DNA of 64,000 nucleotides from Chrysomallon squamiferum (lineage: Eukaryota > Animalia > Mollusca), in the NCBI GenBank assembly GCA_012295275.1, contig CM022665.1:16306001-16370000 (forward strand), given 5' to 3'. The notes below the pieces were generated by a model, which had not been told where the DNA came from, made no database searches, and worked only from the letters and a program-made list of their open reading frames with translations. The translations under genes were made by a program, and so were the position numbers. Positions 35,078-49,369 of the stretch are shown here, piece after piece (positions within the stretch are counted from its first letter, which is position 1; the number at the start of each line of letters is the position of its first letter).

Positions 35078-38000
35078 TGATGTTATTATTCTTGCTTTTG
35101 TTAGTGTTTCTTGTTTTTTGTTGTTTTTTGGGGAAGATTTTTTTTTTTCTTTTGTCATTGTTATTTATTTATTTATTTATTTATTAAGTATACTTCAGGG
35201 TTATTAATTTAATTTAATGAGCTAATTTTTTTTTTTTTTTTTTTTTTTTTTAGAAAAGTGGTGCTAGAATAATTGTTGGAAGTTTTTACGCCAATATGGC
35301 GATTCGTGTTTTTTGTGAGGTAAGATGTTTCTTAAAATCTTTCTTGAAGAAATTAGTTTTATATATATAATTATTTCAGTTAACTTTTATCATAAATATA
35401 TTTTTCATATTTCTAATTTTTGTGGTTGCTTTTACTGTTGTTATTGTTGCTGTTGTTGTTAAAAACGAAAGAGTACAGTTTCAAAATATCTGGGCGCCAC
35501 CATTTTTGTATACTCATGACGTCATCGCATACAAAACTCTAGTCTATTTAATAACCATTTATTATAACTGACTTCAAAATTTATTATTGCAAAGTTTTCT
35601 TAATATATATGTACACTGTTTCTTCTAAAGCCAGTAAACATATTCGAAAAAAAGAAGTAAAATGTAATGACGTCTTGAAAGTAATTAAAAAACTTTGCAA
35701 TAAGATCTTAAAGATTATGGAAAGCGTTTGAATATCAGATTTGATATCATCTTCAAAAAACTAACATAACTTATTATGCCTGGTTTATACTGCAATAAAT
35801 TTCGATGTCTGCTGTACGTGGGCATGTTTTTGTTTGTTTTTTGTTTTGTTTTTTCTCGCGTAGATAAAGATGAACGCGATATTGATGACAATGAATAGAA
35901 TCTGGATTATGATGATAACGATGATGATGATAATGATAATTATAATAATGATGACTATATGATGATTGTAATGACAAATGTGTTGGCGATGATGATAATG
36001 ATGGTTTTATTGGTTATGGTCACAATGAAGAAGATGCTGGCGATGAGGATGAAATTCATGATGATAATTATAATGATGTTGCCATTATGTTAACCATAGC
36101 TTTGTTGGTAATGATGATGATTACAAAGATCTTGATGGTGATGACGATAATAATTATATATATCAGGCTAAAAAAAATTTAAAAAAAAAAAAAAAGAAAA
36201 GAAAAGAAAAATTAGAATCGCTCAAATGTAAAACAAAATATATTAATTAAGTACATAAAAAAAAAATTCAAAGTATTCTTTGAAATAAGAAAATTACTCA
36301 GCTCGAGTATCAAAAACTGATTTCAGTGCATCACTGTCTACAGACAAGAGCACATAAAAGTGAATTCTTTTGAACTGTGCTAATAAAGCATATTCAAAAA
36401 TATAAAGCACAGACATTGGCCATATATATGGTTGTTATATGCTTTAAAAAAAACCCACATAAATAAATAAAAAAGAAAGAAAGAAAATAGAGATTAAAAA
36501 GCTCGAATAAATAGCAAGATTAACTTTGCTACCATATTCTAAGTATTTACAAAATATTTTTAAAATATTAATAATAATAATAATAGCAATGGTAATAATG
36601 AGATGAAAAAGATGATGAATAAAAATAAAAATAATCGTTCTACATATTTCAATAATATCCAGTCGGTTTTCAAATCTTTTTCAGACATCCAAAATTCTTT
36701 TTTACGGACTTTAAGATTCGCATGGGTCGTTACTTGTGGGATTAGTGAAGCTGTGTTCTTTTTTTCCTAACATGGAATCAAATTGTGAATTATTTTTATG
36801 TTTACAAAATTTGCCTTTGCAGATGTAAGGTTTATCAGAATCACTGAAGGCTTGTACAACTGTAAATAGTATACTGTCTTCTTTTATGGTTTAAAATCGT
36901 TTTCGGGCCAAACATATAAATATATATATCGTCTGTATTTAATTAGTATTGTTGGAATCACAAATTGTTGGTATATGTGCAAACAGTTGAAAAATACTTT
37001 TTTTGGTGTTATGGATTTAGTTTTAAAATTATTTTCAGATTTAAAAAATTGGTCTTTACCATTCTGATATTATCTGGATACTTTACAGATGTGTACAAAT
37101 GCGAAAAGTGCATTTTTTTTTCTTTAATTTTCTTGATTTTTAAAAAATCTAATATGGATTATATTTTGCAAATCAATTCCAGGCTTACAAAATTGGTCTC
37201 TATGGTCCTAAGATTGTCTGGATCATCGTAGGGTGGTACACGGACAACTGGTGGACGGAAGAATCCGAAGTGGACTGCACTGTCAATCAGATACTGGAGG
37301 TCATAGACGGGTACCTGGCCGTGGATCCAATACGAGTTAATCCCAAGCCTGATGTGACGATTTCGGGACAGACGGCTCAACAGGTGCAAGAAGCTTTCTT
37401 AAACAAAATCAACCATCAGGATCTGCCGGCGCTGAACAGTGGCCTGCAAGGATTCGACGCTATCTGGACAGTGGCTTTGGCGCTGAACAAAACAATGACA
37501 GATCTTAAAAATAATGGTAAATATATACATAAATTATTAGTACTGTTAAGTGAAACGAAAATGATCTGAGCTGATTCCAAAAAAACCAAAACTCACTTTT
37601 AGATAGTTTGAATGAAAGAAAATAAAATAAAATTAAATTAAAAATTTAATCAAACCTGAAATTTAGATTCATTGAATGTTGACGTCCACCAGATCATATT
37701 GTCGTTGTAATTGACAATAAGATAAAACGTAGATGTAATAGAAGATTTAAAAAAAAAAAAAAAAAATCGAAAAGAAAAGAAAAAGCAACCTAATTATTTG
37801 TGGAGTATATTATACATTATTTTCTTTCTATTTAGAAACGTGACAGAAAATCAGTATGTAGAGTGTATACGTTCTTTACATTATATAACATGAATGACAA
37901 TAATATTATTTGTGGAGTATATACATTATTTTCTTTAAGTTTAGAAACGTGACAGAAAAACTTTTTGTAGACTCTATACGTTCTTTTCTTTATATCTCTG

Positions 38001-38550
38001 TCACGTAAAAGAAAGCCATCTGTAGAGTATACACGTTCTTTACATTTATGTAAACTGAATGACAGTAATATTATTTGTGTAGTATAATTATATATATATT
38101 ATTTTCTTTACATTTAGAAAATGTGAAATAAAATTATTTGAAGAGTATATACATTCTTTTCTTTACATTCAGATAACGTTAAACAAACTTATTATTCGTA
38201 CAGCATAATCTACAGATACTTTGCTATGTTTCAGGTTCGATGGGCCTAGAGGATTTCACCTATGATAACAAAGAAATGGGACAGTTACTTTATAACAACG
38301 CTTTGAAAACAGAATTTTCTGGAGTAAGAGGATGGATTTCTTTTGATGAAAACGGCGATCTGAATTCCATATATAGGATTGATAGATTTCAAGGTAGAAT
38401 TTTATTCTTATTATAATCATTATCATCATCATAATCGTCTTTATCATCATCATCATCATCATCATCATTATATATTTATTTATCTCCCAGTGACTAAACA
38501 AAAGAAAAGTGGAACATTCACATAAATATACATACATACATACATACACA

Positions 38551-38640
<90 letters not shown>

Positions 38641-39086
38641 CTCATTTTTGTTTTTGTTTTTAATTTTTTGATAGACGGACGAAAACAGATGGTTGGACTG
38701 TACTACCCCAAACATAACGCCGAACAAACGATAGACTGGATTCCTGAAACTCCAATTAAATGGAAAGGTACTTTCAATATATTATCCAGTTTAAGGAAAT
38801 TTTACAATTAATACACCTATTTTTGAACACCAAATACATAAGATGTATCCATTTCAAAATATTTTATCATACACTAGCAGAAAATATATATATACTGTGT
38901 ACATTTGTAAAAGTTCATAATTAGGAATTGTCTTCTTACAGTTATAAAACAGGTAAGAATTTTAGACTCAACACATTTGTAAGTATATATGTATGTATAT
39001 ATGTGTGTATGTGTGTGTGTGTTTATATATATATCTTTGGGACGGAACCATGTTTACTTCGATAAATTATTTGTTATATATATATA

Positions 39087-39147
<61 letters not shown>

Positions 39148-39149
39148 AA

Positions 39150-39197
<48 letters not shown>

Positions 39198-39893
39198 ACA
39201 TACAGGAAATGTGAGAGAACAAAAACAGCGACGACCAGATACACAGACACACAAAACAGACAAACAGGAAACTAACAGCGACTGTGACACGTTGATATAT
39301 AAGAAAAAGGAAAATACAACAGTGCATTTTAGTTCTCCCATAACTGTCGGTGTAAAATAATCTGACGTGCGCCATTCGTACCAGATGGAAATCACGACAG
39401 AAAAACATTTAAATAATTTACAGTCCAATACTTTCATACAACAGAAACAGATAATACCGTTCTTTGTTATCAACCTTCAGTTAACCAGTACATTAGATCA
39501 TAATTAAAACATTTAAACCCAACTATCGTCGATAATGACTAATCGATTATCGACTCTAGACGATATTATGTTCCAGTACATAACGCATGTTGTTGGGTGT
39601 GGGGTTTTCCTTTTGCTCTTTTTGTTGCCTCGTTTTAATTGTGTTTTCGAATTATTTTAAAATTATTTCATTATTATTTTTAATTTGTTTTTATTTATTT
39701 AATTAATTTATTTATTTATTTTATTTTATTTTAATTATTTATTTATTTTTATATTTTTTTGTTTCACTCTCGTCTGTAAATAGAAACTTTCAATAATTTC
39801 TAGTTCATAATTATATTTACTTTGACTCCATCACTTATTTAAACATATAAATAAACATACAAACAAACAAACAAGCAAGCAAGCAAACAAACA

Positions 39894-39924
<31 letters not shown>

Positions 39925-41915
39925 ACGATTTCTTAAAAATATATAGTTTGTAAATTATTATATATTCATCAAGAGTTTATCAGTTATTGGACCATGAAGT
40001 TTTATACTACTACATTAACAGTCACAACTACGACCACAATTACAATAATTCCTGCTGCAACTGTTACTACTGTTACTACTACTACTACATTGTCTCTATA
40101 CTTCTGTATCCATTTTCATCATCATCATCAACATCATCATTAGTAGTAGTTGTAGTAATAGTAGTACCACTGCTACTATTACTACTACTACTGCTTCTAC
40201 TACTACTGCTGCTACTACTACTACTATTATTACTACAACTACCTTTGCTGTTACTACTACTGCCACTAATGTACTACCACTGCGACTGCTACTACTGCTA
40301 CTATTACTACTACTACTACTACTAGTATTCTTCTTCTTCTTTATCTTCTTCCCCTTCTTCTTTATATTTTTCTTCGTCCTCCTTTTTTTCTTCTTCTTCA
40401 TCATCATCGTCATCATCTTCTTCTTCGTCTTCTTCTTCTTCTTCTTCTTATTATTATTATATCTGCTGTCGATGAAGATGATGATTATGTTGATGTTGAT
40501 GCTTTACCACTAATACCATTTTTTTTTTTTTTTTTTTTTAAATACAGGTGGCCAAATCCCTAAGGATTCTGTGACGAGAGTTGAAGTGACGTTGCGACTG
40601 AGTCCATCTCTTTACACTGCTATTTGCATTATCTCCGGACTTGGCGTGTTTCTAACGGGCGTCTTCTTAGCATTCAACATAGGATTTAGAAAAACCAAGT
40701 TAGTTAGTTCATAAATGATTGATTATTGGTTCAGTTAATTAATACAGGAAAAATAAAATAAAAAATAGATATGTTTATAACAGTGCAGTAAACAAGTGTG
40801 AATAAAAAAATAAAAAAATGAAAGATAGATGCTGAATCATTAATCTGAAATTTAAATCAAAGCGTAGAAAGTTTCTCGGCGTCGTAATACATAATAATAT
40901 GCACACGCACATACACACACACACACACACATGTATGCATGCATACTTAGGATATACATACATACGTATATATATATATATACACACACACATACATATA
41001 CATATATATATATACATACATACGAACATATATATATATAGGTACATATATACATACGTACATGTATGTAAGTAGTTTGTAAGATTATCATCCTTGTGGT
41101 TGTAACGATTTTCTTTCTTTCTTTTATTATTAATTAATTAATTAATTTATTTATTTATTTATTTATTTTCTTGTTTTCAGAATCGTCAAGATGTCGTCAC
41201 CTAATCTGAACAACGTCACACTGGTGGGCTGTCTTGTTCTGTACTCAACGGTTTTCCTCGAGACCACAGACCCACATTCCGTCGTCCTTTTCTGTGAGGT
41301 GATTATTATTATTATTGTCATTATCATCATCATCACCATCATCGTTGTTGTTATTATTATTATGATTGTCATCATCGTCGTCGTCGTTGTTGTTGTCATT
41401 ACTATTGTTGTTGTTGTCGTTACAATACTGGTATTGTTTTATTGTTGTGGTTATTATTATTATTATTATAGCAGCAGTAGCAGTGGAAGTGTAAAAGTAA
41501 TAATAGTTAAAAGAATAGTAGCCGTACTAGTAGAAGTAGTAATTATAGTAACGACGGTAATGTTAGTAGCAGTTGTAGTAGTAGTATAGTAGCAGTAGTA
41601 GCAGTCGTAGTAGTAGTAACAGTAGCAGTAGCAGTAGTAGTATTATAATACAGTAGTAATAGTAGTAGTGGTAGTAGTAATAGTAGTAACAATAAGAGTA
41701 GTAGAAGTTGCAATAGTCATAATAATCGTAGTAGTAGCTGTAGTAGTAGTAGTAGTAGAAGTTGTAGTAGTCCTAGTAGTCGTAGCAATAGTAGTAGTAG
41801 CATAGGAGTAACAGCAGCAGTAGTTGTAATAGTAGTAGTAGTAAGAGTAGAAGTAGTAAAAGAAGATACAACATGTTTAACGATACCTCAGCACAGAAAT
41901 TAAATTAGCCACTGG

Positions 41916-41948
<33 letters not shown>

Positions 41949-42852
41949 AGACGAAGAAGAAGAAAAAAAAACAGTACATGTAGAAGTAATAAATGCAAAA
42001 AAACTTTAATTTTAACTTTAGCATCATCACTGTTAGTCTTGGCACAATGGTATTAATAATAACTGAGACAGAAGAGGTGTAACTGGTTTTGATTACAAGA
42101 AAAATATAGTAGAAACAGTAACAATTGGTTTTCTGATAGTGGTAATTATGATTGGCATGATGGTTCTCATGATGGCTGTAAGAAAGGTGACGTTGATCTC
42201 AAAGACAAATATTTAAGATTTTTTTTTTTCTCCGTTTGTCATTGCTAAACAGGACACGTAGAACCTGTGTCTGATTGTTGCTGCTGTTTTTGTCAAATGA
42301 TCACGTTCAGAGGATCTGCCTATTAAAATCGCCAATAGTTACAAATTAACTTTATTGAAATGTTGCCATTATCATCCGTAATCGCAGAGAAAAACAAATA
42401 ATTTTCATTCTCGTAATAACAGCTTTTTGGCAGTTTTATAGATTTATAGAAATATTAAGAGATTTGGGGGAAAATGTTGATGAACAAACTTAATGAAGAA
42501 AAAAAACAAAAAAACATAATTTAAAAAAATAATATCTTAGTTTACTGACAAGGAAGAATTGTGAGTCGTTCAGAAAAAGTATGATACGCTTTTTTCTAGA
42601 GATTTATGAAACTTGAATATTCAATAAATGCGAAATATAACTTCAAAAAATTATGCAATTTTATTTGTTCTATGATGGTTCAAAATTTAATTTGTTTGTT
42701 ATTCAGGACTTCAAAATAAAAGAAATAACTGGTTAATGTCTTAAGATATAAGCTTTATCCTCAACACAGCCTCGCTAAGTAGTGCCATTATAGCCTTCAC
42801 CTTAAGACTCTAACTAGCTATTCCTTAAACACACACACGGACACACACAAAT

Positions 42853-42904
<52 letters not shown>

Positions 42905-43230
42905 CAGCACATATGCAGATATATACAGATTAAGAATACTGTGACAGTATCTTTAAATATAAGTTTTCACCGTTCATGAACATTAGACAGACAACAAAAA
43001 GACAGACAGCATAAATGAGAGGCAGAAATGATTTTTTTCTCTTGCTTTTCAGACTAAAATCGTCGCAATAGCTGTTGGATTTTCTTTGTCGTTTGGTGCT
43101 TTATTTGCTAAAACGTGGCGAGTCTACGTTATATTCACAAACGGTGCAAAACAAAAGAAGGTATGTTGACGTTAGAAGATATTTTATAAATATTAATGTT
43201 AAGATCAACGTAGAAATAAGATATTCAAAA

Positions 43231-43269
<39 letters not shown>

Positions 43270-43438
43270 GTAATTTCTTTAAATATATTTGTGTGTATGT
43301 GTGTGTGTGTGTGTGTGTACTGCAATTGTTATGAATAGAAATAATGTTTCGACGAAGCAGCACAAACAACAACAACAACAATAAACAAAATGATGCTGAT
43401 GATGAAGGTAATGACAATGATAAAAATGATGATGATAA

Positions 43439-43475
<37 letters not shown>

Positions 43476-44603
43476 TTTAAGTTTTCATTTTTTTCTTCTT
43501 CTTCTTTTTTTTTTTTTTTTTTTTTTTTTAATATTCTTTCCATTCATAAAGATATTCAGTAACATGAATTTGCTGATAAAGTTTTTATCAGATGTTTATT
43601 TTTTTCAGGTTGTTAAAGATATACAGTTACTGATGATGGTCTTTGCACTTGTTACCGTAAACATAGGTATTATTATCATCTGGTTCATTATCGACCCATT
43701 ACAAGTGGTTATCCAAAAACTCCCACCCGAAGTAAGTCGACATTATCAATATCTTTCCTTTAATTAAATGACTGAGAATAAAACCTATTTGTGCAGAAGA
43801 AAATTAAGCTAATCATTTATTTGATTTCTAATTAGGTAATGTTAGCTGTAATGAACTAAGTACAAATGTCAAATTTGCTTCATGTAAAATATTTGAATTT
43901 AAGCAAATAAGTTTCCTTTAAATATGTTATTAAGTACACACATATAAACACGTACAAAAATATAAACATATTCCAAAAAAATAATACATAAGTAGAATTA
44001 ATTAAATATTCCCACTATATAAATTAAATTACGTCTCGATTTTCCGAACTCTAACTGATACCTCTACCTGCTATTTTCAGTCCAGACAAAAACTAAAAAA
44101 AGCAAATATCGAATTCGTAATTTTTACTGAACCATCCTTCTTGAGTAATTAAAGAAAACAATTAATCGATTTAATGGGACATTTACTCGTCAGCTCGTAT
44201 GATGACGTATGTACTCTTAAAAAATTAATTATGTGTTAGAATTTATTTTCTTAAAGACGTGTTAGATCTTTATTCTCGTTGTTTGTAAATCCTGAAATAA
44301 AACGATTCGTTTGTTTATCTTCGCTAAGCAGACTGCAGTCGTTTCCATCATAATTCTGTTAGCAATATAAATAATTGCATAACGAGACAAACCCAATCAG
44401 AGCTGTGGGAACTGAAAGTGGAACTCGTTAGTAATTAGTGATTATATTTTTATCAAGTAAATAAGTTAGTAAAAACTAGATACAGTGAACAGATATCAAG
44501 AAAAATAACTGTATGGAATATCCTTAAAACGGATGAATAGTCGACGAAGACTGTGAGGAAACGAGTAAAATTAAATAAATAAAAATTAAATAAATAAATA
44601 AAA

Positions 44604-44654
<51 letters not shown>

Positions 44655-46187
44655 ATAAAACAAACAAACCCCCCTCCAAAAAAAAAATTAATAATAAAGA
44701 AGAAGAAAATGTATCGACATAATAATAACTAACAGACATCTGATTAAATGATTTTTAATATATCCGAATAAATATGCTGAGTTGACATATTTACCTGAAT
44801 GTTTTGTTTAACTGTCTGACTATGCATAATCATTATTAATTTACGCGTGTCTTCATGCTTGTTCATATTTTTGCACACATATACTGATCTATGAACGTCT
44901 GGTTGTGTTTAGGCTACTATGATTCTTATCTGGCATGTGTATAATATAGCATGTCTGTGCATTTTATAAAGTGGGTGAAGTAATTAAAATATTTAAAAAT
45001 ATACATCATTTGTATCTCTTTTGATTACCGTTTGATTACTACTACTACTATTATTTATAAGATACATATCATTATGAATATTATTGTTATTATTAGTAAT
45101 GGAAGTATATGTAGTAATAATTGTAGCAACTGTAATAATAGCAGAATACTAAAAGTGGTAATAGATGTAGTAGTAGTAGTAGTAGTAATATTACAAATAA
45201 TATTTGTTGCAAGCAGCAGCTGCAGTCTGCAGTAAAGGCAGTAGTAGTTGTAGTAGTAGAATAGTAGTTGTAGTAGTAGCAGCAGCAGCAGTAGCAGTTG
45301 TAATAGTTGTAGCAGTAGTAGTTGTAGTAGTAGTTGCCGTAATAGTAATACTAGAAACAGTTTTAGACATTATTATTGATGTTATTGTTGTTTTTACTGC
45401 TATTGTTAATGTTATTATTGTTGTTGTTGTTGTTGCTATGTTGTAATTAATCTATCCTAATGGGTTCTTTTACAACAGATCAACACCGTGGATGACATTG
45501 AAATTCATGAGCAAATAGAAAATTGTGAATCGCCAGTACAGATATATTTCATGGGTATTCTGTTCGGTGTGCAAGGAATCATACTTCTCTTTGGAGTGTT
45601 TCTGTCACTGCAAACAAGAAAGGTAGATTAACCGTTAATGGCTATGTGTAACTGTTTATTATAACTGGTAATATATTGGATTGAGGAATAAGTCATTGCG
45701 GTTCATAACTGATTCAAATTTATTGCAGAGGCATCGAAAAACTTGTTGACCGTTGGGAAAAAGTGGTAAATTACAACGGAGAATACATTACTGATTAAAT
45801 TACACCTTGTTATCAGTTAAGCTTAAGTTTTCTTCTATGTAATGATTAAATTTAATTTAACCGCAACCCAATTCCTCAACCCAATAGTTGTTTTGTTAGT
45901 TAGTTGTTGTTTTTTTGTTGGGTTTAATGTTGGTTTGTTGTTGTGGGCGTGTGGGTGTTGCTTTGTTGTTTTTTTTTTTTTTTTTTCTGTTATCTGTTGG
46001 GGGTTTTTGTTGGGGTTTTTGTTTGTTGTTTTTTCGTGGTGTTTTTCCAATTCAAATATTATATCTGACATTTTCTTATGTTAAAAGGGTTTTATGTCTT
46101 TCATCTGTAACTCACACCCACATACTCACATACACACATATATACACACACAGTTACATAAACACACTCAGACACAGAAACATATAC

Positions 46188-46219
<32 letters not shown>

Positions 46220-47249
46220 TGTGTCTCTTACTTTCGCATTTTGTCTACATAATTATACACATCTATGTAAAAACTTTCAGGTAAAAGTGGATGGTCTCAA
46301 TGATTCTAAACTGATTGGTGTATGCATCTACAATGTCGTTGTCCTCAGCTTCCTCGGAGTAATGGTTTCCTTGACATTGAAGTCAAATATTGACCTCAAC
46401 TACGGCATCCTCTCCTGCATCATCATAGTTGCGACGACCGTTACGCAGTGTCTTATCATTATCCCAAAGGTAAAATATACAACTCTGAAAGGATACGATT
46501 ATATAAAGTAAATATTTGTTTCACGACACTCCAAGACTTTTTTTTATATATTATGAACAATGTATCTGTGAAACTTAAGGCTAATAGCATATATTCTAAA
46601 TTAAGTATTAAACGTTACTGAGAGAGTGAAAACCAGTTGACATAATTCAAACCATCAGATAATTCATTATTTCATACGGCCGCTGTTACTGGAAAGAACA
46701 GTGAATAATAATAATAATAAGAAGAAGAAGAAGAAGAACAAGAACAAGAAGAACAAGAAGAAGAAGAAGAACAACAACAACAATCATAATAATAATTAAT
46801 AAGAATAATGATGATAAAAATAATATTTGTTTTCTTCAAATAATAAATTAAGCAAACAGTTTAATCGAAATTTTATAATTGGATATAAATACTGAATACA
46901 AAGCAGTAGGAATTCTTTAATTATTGTTGTATTTTTTATTATTACTATTATTCTTTTTTATTTTTATTTTTTTTTTTTTTTTTTTTTTATTTATTATTAT
47001 TATTATTATTTTTTTTTTTTTTTTTTTTTTTTTGAGAGGGGGTCTTTCTTTCTTCTTAATTGTTATTTTTAAGTATAATTATTACTGTTATTATTGTTGT
47101 TGGTTATAGTCCTTATCGTCATATAATATTTTATTTAAATTTATTTATTTCAGATAAAAGGTCACTTAAACAATAACTCTCAGGTTGCAGAAGCCGAGGC
47201 CACAGTAAGGACAGTGACAGCCATCACGCGAGCAGACACGGCGGCTTAG
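29378..47249 (+). CDS. GABA-B receptor-like class C GPCR, paralog B (complete, 16 coding exons, 739 aa; signal peptide + Venus flytrap + 7TM, 31-aa tail)
   Basis: Phase-consistent GT-AG exons: 29378-29386, 30305-30523, 32352-32489, 33343-33513, 34374-34475, 35254-35319, 37183-37516, 38235-38393, 38675-38767, 40548-40698, 41181-41298, 43053-43160, 43609-43731, 45479-45622, 46281-46469, 47154-47249 (sum 2220 nt, no internal stop). Motifs: LPGYRLNL, CDPGLG, SSSPALSDKKRF, ARIIVGSFY, GLYGPKIVW..GWY, FDAIWTVALALN, KMSSPNLNN, FGALFAKTWRV, LNDSKLIG..IYNV, IIPK. The 9-nt first exon (MPK) is less certain. Confidence 0.93.
30731..31177. repeat. Dispersed repeat, copy 2 (copy 1 at 1766-2241)
   Basis: Same orientation as copy 1; lies in intron 2 of GPCR paralog B. 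Confidence 0.9.
37792..38170. repeat. Degenerate intronic tandem repeat (~3 copies, ~110-165 bp spacing)
   Basis: attatttgtgKagtatat...attattttcttt...tttagaaaYgtgac recurs near 37793, 37905 and 38070. Confidence 0.7.
44384..44508. repeat. 125-bp direct duplication, copy 1 (copy 2 at 52676-52800)
   Basis: gagacaaacccaatcagagctgtggg...gatatcaagaaaaataa, identical by eye at both sites. Confidence 0.85.
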
Positions 47250-47369
47250 GATGACCACTGGTCACTGCTAGACCAATATAGTCCATTATGCGTATCTCAC
47301 TTAGTAAAGAAAACTTACTAAAGAAATTGCTGTGAAGTAGACCAGTTGTAATTGTCGTCCTACCGTTAC

Positions 47370-47990
47370 CGATTTTCTTAAATGGGCCGAGATGAATTAC
47401 TCTAAACAAACTGTTGTCTAACGTGGGCGGAAGAGAATTATTTTGCACAGACTGTTGTCTAATATAGGCGGAGGTCAACTATTTCGCACAAACTATTGTC
47501 TAACTTGGGCAGAGATGAATTACTTTACACAAAGTATTGTCTAACATGGGCGGAGATGAATTATTTTACACAAATTGTTGTTTAACATGGGCCGAAATGA
47601 ATTATTTTACACAAAGTGATGTTGACATTGGCGAAAGTGATTTATTTTTCACGAACTTTTTTAGCATGGGCGGAGATAAATTATTTTACACAAATTGTTG
47701 TCTAACATGGCCCGAGGTGAATTATTTTACACAAATTGTTGTCTAACATGGGCGGAGATGAATTATTTTACACAAACTTGTTTAACATGGGCGGAGGTAA
47801 ATTATTTTACACAAATTGTTGTCTAACATGGCCCGAGATGAATTATTTAACACAAATTGTTATCTAACTTGAGAGGAGATGAATTATTTTACACAGATGT
47901 GTTTAACATGGGCGGAGATGGATTATTTTATTCAGTCTGTTGTCTAACATGAGAGGAAATTAATAATTTTACACAAATTGTTGTCTAACA
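47370..47990. repeat. 41-bp minisatellite (~15 units) just downstream of the GPCR stop codon
   Basis: Consensus ttgttgtctaacatgggcggagatgaattattttacacaaa. The tctaac anchor recurs at 47417, 47458, 47499, 47540, 47581 ... 47701, 47742, 47781, 47822, 47863, 47902, 47943, 47984. Confidence 0.92.
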
Positions 47991-49369
47991 CAGCATTAAT
48001 ATAACGGGTCCAGGACCATCCAGAACAGACAGTTTTACAAATACAATGTTGTTAAACCAGTGTTTACCAGTGAAAAGGTTTGTTGTGTCAGCATCATGAC
48101 GCCTCAGAAGTAATTACAACTGTATGAAGTATTTTCGGTTTGTTTGGGGAAATGGGTGTCAGAAGTAATGACTAACAAGATGTACAGATGATCAAAAATA
48201 AAACTGCTCCATAAGAGTCTAATATACATATAGTTAGAGAGTGTCATGTGCGTGTGCAATTTACTATAAACTAAAAACAAAATTTAGGCGATACCGAACC
48301 ATTTATCAGGCTTCGAAAAATCCAGTAAATACAGAAAGACGTCTTTTAAAAAAAGTTGTTTTTGAATTATGCCCCCTTTGTTTTAGTTTCAAGTAAAAGT
48401 GTTGCTGTGTACAGGTGATTCTCTCACAGTAAGTTATTATTTTTTTCAATTTACTCTATTTCCATTTATTATCATCATGTTTAAAAGACTAGCATTAATT
48501 TAACTTGCTAGAGAAAGGTGTATTCTACACAGATATTTTAACAATTGAAGTGAATTAATGAAGATCAAACAGACTCTATTTTAGAAGTGTTTTAAATTTT
48601 ATTGTTTATATTATATTTAAGTAAAGATTTAGCCTGTACCCAGAAATCCGGACCATCTCCGGTGCCCAGCTTGTCGGATAAATGGTTCGGTACCTTTATA
48701 AAATATTATCTTTTTACAAATTGCTGGAACTATATACAGTATGGTATTTTTTTTTTTTTTTTTTTTTTTTTGTTATTAATAAAAGTTAATATTTTATTTT
48801 TATTTGTGTTTTTAATTCTGAAATGTTTATAGGTGTATCTATAAATTAATACTGTACACATTGCACTGCAATGTCGTCCTTTGTGGCTGGTTACTTGTTC
48901 CATATTGGTAACACTGTGTACAATAGAATTTTTGTATCTTTAACCATACATCAATAAAGCATAAAAAGCAGCAATAAAAACCATGTGTATGTATGTGTCT
49001 CTCTGTGCATGTGCAAATATGCCGTAACTTTATGATGTGCCAAACACATGATAGCAAGTATATATGTGTGTGTGTGTGTTTGTGTGTGTACGTGCGTGCG
49101 AACACGACCACTTTTTTCCAACGTATATGTTTCAAGAGTGGATTATTAACCTAATGCATATACCATAGACAGGTATTGAATTGTTCATGGTGTACTATTC
49201 AATGATCGATATTAAAATACCATAAACAAACACAAATGATGAAATGTATTGATAATGCATTGAGACGTAAAATCAGAGGTACACACAATAAAAACAAGTA
49301 CGTATGTGAGAAAATGTAGTCAAATGAAATGTGTTCGAAACTGGTTTGCGAATGTCTAGCATCAAAGTC

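Noticed and set aside
29378-47249. Assigning the symbol GABBR1 or GABBR2
   Set aside because: Mixed features (B1-like aromatic cage, missing His/Glu, no coiled coil); orthology needs a phylogeny.
47370-47990. CRISPR-like regular repeat
   Set aside because: Units are contiguous with no unique spacers, there are no cas genes and the context is eukaryotic; it is a minisatellite.
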